Source: a virus
DNA: 64,000 nt
IMG/VR virus record: IMGVR_UViG_3300042547_000432
Strand: one strand, 5' to 3'
Shown here: one piece after another, positions 17,594 through 28,600 of the stretch
Layout: each line of letters starts with the position of its first letter
How positions within the stretch are numbered: position 1 is the stretch's first letter
Translations under genes and position numbers: made by a program
Notes under the pieces: model-generated
What the model saw: the letters and a program-made list of their open reading frames with translations, nothing else
Database searches by the model: none
What the model was told of the DNA's origin: nothing

Positions 17594-18511
17594 TTAAAAT
17601 TTAATTAGATATTCGCACAAAATAAATTTTCCAGAAACTCTATCTATCGAGAATCTATTAAATTTATTAAAAGTTACTGTAGTTGTTATTCCACTAGAAG
17701 GTATTTGTGCTCTATTAAGAAAAGCAGTGGAACTACTGGAAGTGATATTAGGAAATAATCCAGAATGGGAATGATTTGTTAATTCATCACTCCCTGTAGT
17801 ATCTAGTTGCCATGTCGCCCATTCTCTTCCCGTGGGCACTCTCGCACCCCCCTGTGGAGATGCATTTTGACATAAAAATGTTCTGGGAGCAGTTTGACTA
17901 ACAAAACATTGAAATCCAGAGGCAATTCTTCCAGTAGCTAATGTACTACCATGACCGTGACCCATAATCTCACCTTCGCTAACAGATCTTCTGCTAGTAG
18001 ATGAGGGACCAGTGATTCGTATTTGCCCATTAACTGGTATTTCATGTTGCGTAAACACAAAATCTCCATTATATGAAAAAGAAATTTGATTGGACGATGA
18101 AGCATTTGATTGTAAATCTACAGCAATTCCCGCTCTAGCAACTTCAGTATTAGTGGCAGTATTGGTTGTGGTAGCATTTAAATAACTTCCTGGAACAGAA
18201 GAAGATGTAATATATTTTGACCCCAAATCTGGTAATTGTATTTGCCCACCCGTTCCATCATCATTTGCGTTTTGTAAAGAAGTTCCTGTTTTTCTGTAAA
18301 TACATGATTCTCCAACCCCCAAAACTAAAGCTAAATTTGGATATTGATCGGCATTTAATATTTGACCCCTACAACGTAAATATCCAGCTGGTATATAATC
18401 AATATATTCTTGTTCTCTGGGGTTCAAATTTTGCATAGATCTAAAATATGGAAAAATTGTTCCACATGGACCACCATATTTACCTCTTTCGAAAGAATAA
18501 GTAGTTGCCAT
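17594..18511 (-). CDS. Tail-collar domain protein (short-fibre type)
   Basis: PAGYLRCRGQILNADQYPNLALVLG..IQLPDL; ends CEYLIKF. Confidence 0.85.
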   Translation of the reverse strand: MATTYSFERGKYGGPCGTIFPYFRSMQNLNPREQEYIDYIPAGYLRCRGQILNADQYPNLALVLGVGESCIYRKTGTSLQNANDDGTGGQIQLPDLGSKYITSSSVPGSYLNATTTNTATNTEVARAGIAVDLQSNASSSNQISFSYNGDFVFTQHEIPVNGQIRITGPSSTSRRSVSEGEIMGHGHGSTLATGRIASGFQCFVSQTAPRTFLCQNASPQGGARVPTGREWATWQLDTTGSDELTNHSHSGLFPNITSSSSTAFLNRAQIPSSGITTTVTFNKFNRFSIDRVSGKFILCEYLIKF

Positions 18512-18521
18512 TTGTAATCTC

Positions 18522-19613
18522 CTAGAAAACCTTAATAATAAAAATCATGGATACAGAAGGGCATAAAGTGGTAGCATTTATAGTACCTGCATCTAGACCA
18601 GCAGAGTTATCTATTACTACATCACTTGAAACTATATCTGTGTAAGTGCTTGTTGACCTAACAGACAATCCACTTGTAAAAGTAATTGTATTTGATCCAT
18701 GACTATGACCACCTATAGACGCCCAAGTTCTAAATTCTGCGTTAATACTGGTGTGAAAATTCTTTTGTCCACCAACATGCGCTAACATATCACCCCCAGA
18801 AAATCCATTTCCAGCAAATTCATTGTTTGCGCTCGTATTACCACCACCTGGACGAGCATGATCTCCCGTCACATTATTTCTATACTCATCGGTTCTTTTC
18901 GCATTATTCTCATTAGTTGTTTGTGCTTCACAAGGACGCCTCCAAAAATCTTCAAAATCATCTAAATTTGTAGATCCTTGTGTGTGTGAAATTTCTTGAC
19001 CAGTTTGAATGGGTATAGTATGTGCGTGAATTGCGATATGACCATCTCCCAGTTTTCTAGGCATAATTTGATATCCTCTTTGTAGGATTCCAGGTGTTAA
19101 AGCAAGTCCGCTAACAGTTGCTGACAATCCAGGAATACTATTATTTCTAACTCCAACTAAATCAATCGTGGATGGTACTGGATTGCCAGTAGCAGATCCA
19201 GTATTTCCATTATCAGCATTTCCAATCTGTGCCCAATATGGATCATCAGATATCCCTCTCGTCGTAACAGGAGTCCACGCAGCAGTATTTAATCCCTCCA
19301 TAGGATTGTTATTTGTATTAGAATATGTAGAAGCAGTTGATTTTAAATAACCATAATGCCCCCTAAAAATATCAACTATCCCCTTACCAACAATATCAGG
19401 CAATCTAAATGTAGATCCCTCAGTACCACCATAAGTATTTCCAATACACTTAAACAATCTTGGATAAGCAGTAATGTTTAAATAGGATCCATTACACACT
19501 TTCCACCCCACTGGTATAGTATCTTCTGTTCCAGACCAAGGAACAATAGTTCCCACTGGATAACCAGATAAACTCTTTAATTTATTATATTTTATTGCGT
19601 CTGCGTATGCCAT
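18522..19613 (-). CDS. Tail-collar domain protein
   Basis: PVGTIVPWSG..PVGWKVCNG..YPRLFKCIGNTYGG..FRLPD; ends PSVSMIFIIKVF. Confidence 0.85.
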   Translation of the reverse strand: MAYADAIKYNKLKSLSGYPVGTIVPWSGTEDTIPVGWKVCNGSYLNITAYPRLFKCIGNTYGGTEGSTFRLPDIVGKGIVDIFRGHYGYLKSTASTYSNTNNNPMEGLNTAAWTPVTTRGISDDPYWAQIGNADNGNTGSATGNPVPSTIDLVGVRNNSIPGLSATVSGLALTPGILQRGYQIMPRKLGDGHIAIHAHTIPIQTGQEISHTQGSTNLDDFEDFWRRPCEAQTTNENNAKRTDEYRNNVTGDHARPGGGNTSANNEFAGNGFSGGDMLAHVGGQKNFHTSINAEFRTWASIGGHSHGSNTITFTSGLSVRSTSTYTDIVSSDVVIDNSAGLDAGTINATTLCPSVSMIFIIKVF

Positions 19614-19614
19614 A

Positions 19615-22600
19615 TCAAACCTCCACTATCCACCAACCTCTATTATCACTTGGTATCGTATTAACACCAGAAGAATCTGTATCTCCAACAAACATTAGAC
19701 CAAATCCAGCATTTGGAGTGTTAACTATTAACTCTCCGCCAGACCATCCACCAGTGCCACCTTGCGTTTTTTGAATATTTGTTCCGCCTTCAGATCTAAT
19801 TTTTAGAGATACATTGTAATTCAAACTTCCCTGAATATCAATAAATCTAACCACATCTCCAGTTACACAATCAGAAGCCACAGGTAGATACAGAATTAGT
19901 TCGGAAGTAGGTCTGACCAAATATTGTGTATTTGGTTGTAGTCTTTGATTTGTAGCATTTAAATTTCCACTTTGGGCATCAATAGAAATAGTTCTTCTAC
20001 CACCATTTTTAGTATAGAAATTCTCTCTACCAAATGCTTGAATAGATCCATCCAATCTAATTCTAAATGGTTTATCATTATTAATACCGAGGTTTTCGAC
20101 AGCAAATACTGATGTAATTGCTGGAGCAGAAGTACTATATGTAGCATTAAGAGTTAATGTAGCGCCAGTTGCGGCAGATGATAATGGTTTACCAATTACT
20201 GTAGTACCTAACTGTGCGTCTAAAGTTATGGTATTTGTTCCAGAAAGACCACTCTTAATAATAACATCATCTCCTGTAGTTAATGTTCCAGAAAGTCTCG
20301 TATTTCCAGAAGCACCTAATACTTCAAAGGCAATATCACTAGCGATATCCAACCTATTTTTGTCGAATACACCAGATGAGAAGAAAGAATCTTTAAATAC
20401 CTGTAAATTTGCTCCATTATATAATCTGGTATTTCCAGTCGCACTTTCTACATATAATCTCGGAGCAGATCCATTAGTAATTACAAAATATTGTTTTGCT
20501 GGTATAGTAGTGGAAGTATTTCCACTTAGTTCAATTGAATTATGTACTTTTAAATTACCACCACCCGATATAATATCAACACCGTTTAAACTAGAAGTGC
20601 TTGTATCAGTTCCAATCGTGACATCGCCACGAGCAAATGTATCACCTGTTGTAGTAGTAACTTTAAAAGTTAATACCTTGCCAGCACCAATTCCTCCATT
20701 ATTGATTTCAAATGTTTGCGATTCATCTGGATTGATGCTAGAAATGGTTACAAATTCTTCATCCGCAGTATTTTTATCAATTCTTAATAAATCATTTATT
20801 TTAAATGTTCCGCTAAATTCAGCAAGATTTATACTTGGTTGAACATCAGTAATACTAGATGGGAAAATATAAGTAGCATTTTCCGATTTATTTAATTTTA
20901 CAACTTTAGATCCATCTGGGTGAGCAACAGCAGCTGTTCCATCTTGTCCTCTCAAAACTTCAACAGTATATGGATAAACAGAAGAAGGTAAGTTCGTTGT
21001 TCTAACTATTTCCGTATTGATTAAGAAATATGTCCCAATTTCATTTATCCCAGATGGGTTGTTAATAGGTAGTGTTGTAAGAGTAGAACTGATTTCTGAA
21101 GCTCCACCAGTGTCAATTAAAGTATCTTTTAATCTAAGTGTAGCATTACCAGGAGAAGTAGAACCAGATGCAAGATTAATAACAATGCCGCTACCACCAC
21201 TTGTCGTTGAAAGAACTACTCCATTTAAATCGGCATTAACAACATAATATGTCGTAGTGGTGTTAACATTAGTAAAATTACCAGTATTTGTAAAGACTAC
21301 CGAATTACCCGACACGAGATAATTATTATTAATAACTAACTTAGTGGCTGGTGATGGATCTGTAACTGATAATACCGCAGTGATACTTTGAGATGAAGCA
21401 ATATCTTCAACATATTCATAATAATCCACATTTAAATTAGAAGATGTTGCCCCATTGAATCCAGATAATTGTCCTTGATTATGGAACTTACCAAATCCTG
21501 TTCTAATTACAGTACCAGTAGCAGAAGTTGAAGAAATCGTGCCACTTCCAGTAGTTGTATATGTAAATCTTGTTGTATTAACAACAGTAACATTAACAGT
21601 ACCAATGGTAGTGAACTGACTATTGCTACATACTATTCTAACAGGCATACCTGTAGTTAATCCATGTACCGCAGTAGTTGTTATTGTTGCGGTATTTCCA
21701 GTTCTAGAAACTTGAGAAATTTTAATAGTTCCTAATGTATTTCTAGTTGCTCCTACACTAGCATTTCTAAAACCACCATTTTGTTCAATATCACTTTCAA
21801 AAATTGTCTTGTTACTTACACGCAAACCATTCTTAATATAACTGATGCCAGCAGATCCACCAATTTCCACAATACCAGCAGTAGGACCAATCTTTAATGT
21901 AGTTAAATTCGATGGGAATAAAGTAAATTCTGTTGATGGAGTTGTAGCTAGAAGTTGTGTTCCCTTAATTTCAAGAGTTCCATCCAAAACAGTCTGATAA
22001 TTTCTTACTCTAAAGATACTTTGAGAAGGATTGTTTATTGCTCCACCAAATGTAATGATTGAAGATGGGAAAGCATTTGGAGTTGCTGGGTTTGTAATCT
22101 GCGGAACAACACCAATATTTACAATAGAGTTGTAACTATTGTTATGAACATTAAATGTGCCAGTAGCAGCAACACCAGTACCAATATTAACTGTCTGAGA
22201 GCTAGTTGTGGTATTGAATAGATTTGCTGTGGTGGCATTAGCACCAGCAGAGAACGTTAGAGCATTTGCTTCATTTGCGATATTAAATACTGCGTTTGTC
22301 GTGGTAATATCGCCACCATTAACTTCAATATCTGACTGGAATCTAAAGTCTCCAGTAATTCTACCATTTCCAGCGACAACCAGAGTTCTATCAAGATCTG
22401 CGTTGTTTACATTAATACCAACTCTACCGTTATTATTGGTAGAAATTCTTAGAGTAGCGGCAGCGGTGAGTGGGTTAGCACTATCGCCACCCACAACGAG
22501 TGCGTCATCTCTATTTGTTTGCGTCTTAGTTGTTCCAGTTTCAGTGAGATAAGAAAGAATCTTCTTGCCACTAATAAATGCTGTACCGACAACATCAAGG

Positions 22601-25600
22601 TTTGCTCTTGGTGTTGTTTCAGCAGAAACAAATGCTGTCTCATAGGCGCTATGAGCAGAACGTGCTACAGTGTTAATACCTAATTTATAATCACCAATTG
22701 TTTCCGTTTCTGTTCTAATCGCCTCAGACCCAAGAACACCAAACTCTTTAAATGCTGCTTTCGATTTCTCGATTACAATATTTGGTTGTGCTACCGCATC
22801 AACTGGGTATCCATTATTTGGAAGAGGAATAGCAGTGTAAAGTGGTAAGTTAGCATTAACAATAATATTAACAAAGTTATTGGTAGGAACAAATGGAATG
22901 CCAACAGTACTATAAACAGGCCATACACCGTTGAGAGGAGCAAGAGCACCCGTAGCACCAGTAATACGAATTTGCGAAGAAGAAGAAATTTGTAACGCTG
23001 CGTTAGTAATGCCAACATTCCACGTCAATCTAACAATAGTACCAGAAGCTGCGCCCTGAATACCAATTATCTGAGCGTTAAATCCACCACCAGAACGATT
23101 CTCAATACGAATGTAATCATTCGCATAGATCCATCCAAGAGATCCAGTGAATAAAGTTTGATTACCTTTTAATTGAATCAAACCTGATGCTAGAGGGAAC
23201 TTAGTACCAAAATCAGTATTTTGTAACTGCGAAGGACCGTTCGTAGTTAATCCAAATGTATTAGCAAGATCTGGCGTTCTATTAGATAGAGCCGTCATGA
23301 TCTGATAATCTTGTAATCCTCTTGGATTTAAATCAACAACTGTTGTTTGTAGTCTTCCTTGATGTAGGATGATATCGCCAGTTTTTTGTTGTGCGATATT
23401 TACTTCGAGGTATGGATCATAACCAACTACAGTTCCTTCTCCCGTTACAATCTTAAGTGATGGGAAATTCTCGACAGATCCAAATGCTGTAGTGTTATTG
23501 ATTACGATAGGAGCATTGAAGAAACTTTCTGCTCTGCCTTCAGAACCATTGACTGTAATAATTTCGTTAAATGTCACCGCAGTATCAAACGTGGTAACAA
23601 GACCACCAATTACATCAGCTTCATCTGAAGATTCAACAAGTTTAGCAGACTCTAGGAATGTCTCTTCACCAGTAATAGCGTTGATCTTTCTGTTACCGAT
23701 GTAAAGGTCACCGTTTGAGTTTAAACCAGTGTAGAAGACGATACCAGCGTCTTGCTTCTTCGCTTGAGCGTAGAAGTCCTGAACATCAGTAAGAATGATT
23801 TCCTGTCTTGCTGGGAAACCAGTTGAGTAGTTACCAGGACCGAATCCTAGATATTCAAATGTATGGTTACCAGAACGAGCGATGGATGGTCTGCGAAGTT
23901 CTACATAAAGTTTTCCTTCTGTTGGATACTGAGAAGTTCCATTGATAGGAATTCTTCTACCTTCAGATCCAGCAGAAGCTGTACCAGACTGTGCCTGGAT
24001 GGTAGATGTACCGTTAAATGTGTATCCACCAGTTCCTGGATCTTGAACAAAATCAAGAACCATCTCTTTGGTCAAGCTATTCTTAGCATCGTTTACAGTT
24101 ACCAGACCATGAATGTAGTTGTCTGCGGTAGATACTGTTGGAGGTGGATCTGAAAGAGTTGTAGTTGTTAAATCTACACCCTTATACCATTCTGGATCAT
24201 TCTTATAGAACTCTGGATACAACTTAGAGATTGGTTGTGAGAACTTAAAGTTTCTGAAGTTTTCGCCAACACCCGAACCAGTTGGATATGGAGAAATATT
24301 ACCTCTTACACAAGTCAAGTAATATACACCATCTTGCTGACCAGGAATTCTTCTACGAATGGTATTAATATCAAAAATGTAGAAAGTATTCTCCATATCA
24401 GAAACATCTTCCACACTAGCAATCGTGTAGGAAACACCATTGTCGTCATTTATTCTATCACCAGGAGTTAGTGTATAGACATTGGCACCTTCAACAACAT
24501 ATGGATACTTGGTTATATCTGATCTACCATCATTTGGTTCACTAATGAGTGAAGCAGTTACTGAACCTTGTGTAAATATAGTGGGGGTGGTACTACTGTA
24601 ATCAAGCACCGAGTTTCCTGTCAAATCTTTCAGGATCATGTAATAGTTATTTTCATACGCAAAATAACCATGTACATATCCACTACCAGAACAGTTGCCA
24701 GACCAAGATATTAAGTTAGTGCTGTTTGAATTAGGAATGCTTGAGACAAAGACACCATTACCACCTTCTGGTGAAGTAATTTTTACTGTAGTAAAAAGTT
24801 TTGTTTTGTAGGCTTCAGCATCAATTCCAATATCAAAAGCAGTTAATTGTAAATAATTTTTATTATTTACAGAAACTTTTCTTGCTGATTGAACCGTAAA
24901 AGCAACTTTTGAAGTTGTCTCAAGTCTCTTCGGATTGCCAAAGGCAGATGGATCATATGTAGATACAAAATTTGGATTCAGTACAAGTTGCTCAGCAGTT
25001 GTGAGTCCAAGTCTTTCTCCCGATACTGGAGCGAGCAACGTTGCTGTATCTGCTCCTGTTGATGTTGGTTTAAGAAGAATTCTTTGTGGTAATAGTCTTC
25101 TCTTTTCATCTGTACGAATCTTAAATACGAATCCTCTGATTGGATCACGAACTGTCTTGAGATTCTTAGGAATAACATAACGAAGACGATATACTCTATC
25201 TTCCTTGGTTCTGTTATCCTCAATTCTTTCAAAGTATGAATCAGTGGTTCTCAATCTACCAGCATAATCCGACTGCTTCATTCTAGGAATGATCGTGTTG
25301 CCAGCAGATAGAGTTTCTAGATACCAACATCCATCAGTAGCAGCAGCACCAATCTTAGGATCATATCTCAGAGGAGATCTACGCTTATTAGAGAACGTAT
25401 AGAATACCGCAGTGCTTCCTGGTTGGAAAGAAATAGGAGCAATGTTATCACGAGCGTTCGCAAATGTTTCGTGAATGGTAAATCTTCTAGCATTTACATA
25501 ACGAACGAAGTAAAGATTTTTGCCAGAAATAGTGGTTCCGCCAAACTGAGATGATAGTGTTGGTAGTGAAGATCCAGTAATATCAGACCCAACGCGGAAA

Positions 25601-28600
25601 AATACTAACTGTGGTTCTACGTTTGTTGATGGTCTGTCAAAAGCATGTGGTCTATCAGTTTCAAGAATTGTGCTTGATCCAGAAGCAATCTTAGTCTGAT
25701 ATTGATGTAAATCATAGTTAATGTCAAGAACATATTGATATACATCAATTTCTACGTTGGCATCAATACCATCTGTTTCAGACGAGTAGATGTAGATACC
25801 AGCAGCTGCGTTTTCTTCACTAGTTGCTAGTAATAGATTCTGTTGATTAGATCCGTTGAACGAACCAATCGTAGAATAATTAAATGGATCTGTAATTCTT
25901 CCAGGAGCAATAACATAATATACAGTATTTGTATCAAATCCTTTTGGCAGACGAATCAATCGTTTGTCTACATTAATACCAGATCTTGCTCTAGGTACAA
26001 GTCTGACAGGAGTTCCTGTTTCTAACTGGTGTGGGTTGGAAGTAGGTAATCCATTGCTATCAGACTCTGTTAGAGTAAACAGCGTGGCTCTTTGTGCCAA
26101 AGCACCTGTATTAATAGATGAGGCAACTCTAGGTACAGTCCCGATCCCACTATTAAGAATAGTAGATAGAATCTGATAGAAGTTAACAATCGTGCTTGCT
26201 GTAGAAGCACACTCGCCACCTGGAGCTCCAGTTGCTGGATCCCCAGCAGTCAAATAATTATAATCTTGTATTACACTAGAGTCGGTGGATGGTGTTAGTG
26301 TATTTGTCCAAACCCCTCGTGTAAATTCAACATAAAGATTAACATTTGTCGCCGTAGCAGTAGCATTTACTGTAGAACCAAAATCTAACTTACTACCTTG
26401 GGTTCCGAGTTGAATTTGGTTTGATGCTAATCCATTAACACCATCGCCAATCTTTTTAATATATGCGGTTGATGGAATTGTTGTTGTATATGCTATTGTG
26501 CTGCTAGAAGAAGTTGGAATCGCATTAACACTACGAACTCTCATACCAACAACAAGACCAACAGTGCTATTCACCGTAACGATTGGCGATCCAAATGTCG
26601 TGCTTGCGTTTGGAAGATATGTATTGTGATTTCTCATCGAAGAAATCGCCAAATCTCTCACATAACGATAAGCATCTAGAGTTTCTAGTTTTTCATTCTC
26701 AATGTAATCAAGTTGATTTCCAGTGTAATATGCTTCTGCTGCGTTAATTGTATTAACGTTTCCGCCCAATCTTAGGTCAGAAGTGATAGCTTCTACAATG
26801 TATCCAATGTCACGCTTACACTTGCTTGATTCACTTACCTGTGACCAAGGACCAGGATTTCTAACAGGAAGATTATTCAAATTACCAGCAAGAATAGTGC
26901 TAGTGATGATATTTGTTAGAGTATCAATCGTCTGTCTTACGTTAGCACAATCCCAATCTCCATTATCTACAGCAGGAAGACCAGAAATACTACCCGCATT
27001 AACAACGCTAGTAACAATTGAGAATAGAGAATCTACTGCTGATTGTACATCTGTACAAGTAGCACCGTTACCAGAGGCATTGTAGGAAACATTGCCACCA
27101 GAACCACCAGCAGTTGCTGGACCAGTTGATAAAGCAAGATTCTTTGTATAAAGTTGATTGGTAAGAGCTCTCTTACACCAATCTCTTGCCTTATTAAAAG
27201 CAACAACAGATTCTGCCGATTCGCCAACTAATCCATTGGAAATTGGTGTACCTGCTTGCGTGAAATACTCTCTTACAGCACCAACAGTGAACTCGTTTCC
27301 ACCCCAGAAGAGGTCTTGTGCGATAGAGTCAACGATGTAACCAATATCACGCTTACACTTAGTTTCTCCAGCTGGAATAACAGTAGAAACTTGTTCAGGA
27401 GCAAGATTTGTAATGTTTCCTGCGCTTAAATTAGAAGTAACAATAAAAGTAAGACTGTCAATTGCTAATCTTACGTCAGCACACGAATTAGGACTTGTGT
27501 TTGGGATGTTACCACCAGTTCCGCTATAGTTTGCTGGTCCAGAAGTAATGGTAGCATCTTTGATTGTTAATTGATTGGTCAGCGCATCTTTCATCAAATT
27601 ACGAGCTTTTACAAAAGCAACGTTTGACTGATCAATTTCCCCCGCCAGTCCATTTGGAAGTAGTGTGGTGGCATTGGTAAAATATTGTTGGAGGAATTTG
27701 CGTGTATATACGTTGCCAGCACCCTGAGAAATATCTAGAGAAACAGCATCAATAAAGAATTCAATATCACGCTTACACTTATCTGGATCTGGATTTGTAA
27801 AACTAGGATACTGAATGGCAATTTCTGCGTATGCTCCATCCACAATCTCTTGCTTATTTTGTTGAATTAAACGATAAGCATCTTTGTAACGAGAGATTGA
27901 TGTTGTTTGAGGATCTCCAGGATAGTAAAAATCTGGGAATTGAACAGCAATTTCAGCAGCTGCTCTATCAATAATTTCCTGTCTGTTGGCAGTAATTAAT
28001 TTGCTACCATCCTTAAATCTACCAACATTTGCGTCATCATTTACTGGATCAATCGTAATTGTTGAGACGTAAATAGCACCAGTGGCATTTGTTACTCCAG
28101 GAGCTGTTGGTACGGTATATCTAAACTGAGTGCTTGTTAATCCAGCAGAAAGAACCTGAAATTTTCCATTAAATGCTGTTTGTGTAGCACCACCAACAGT
28201 TACAAATTGGTTTGGTTGTAGATTATGTGGTGTGAGAGTTGTTACAGTAATAGTTGTACCAGAAGCAGAAAGTGTTGGAGTATTAAGAAGTGATGTATTT
28301 GTTAATAAGTTTGAAATTGCTTTCTTTGACCAATCTTTGGCTCTGTTAAAAGCAAATACCGATTGAGTTTCTTCACCAGCGAGACCATTTGTAAGTGGTT
28401 GACCAGAAGAATTGAAATACGCTCTAGTAGCGTCAATCATATTGGAGTTGCCACCAGTGTACAAATCATTGGCAATGGCATCTACAATATAACCAATATC
28501 TCTCTTACACTTTTCGTTGGCATTTCCTCCCCCAGGAACAGTAAATGCTGGGAAAGCAGTTTGCATTTGTGAAAACGCATAATCAATAATTTCTTGGCGG

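Noticed and set aside
12036-19613. Diversity-generating retroelement or invertible fibre cassette
   Set aside because: No reverse transcriptase or recombinase, and no near-identical template/variable repeat pair or flanking inverted repeats were seen.
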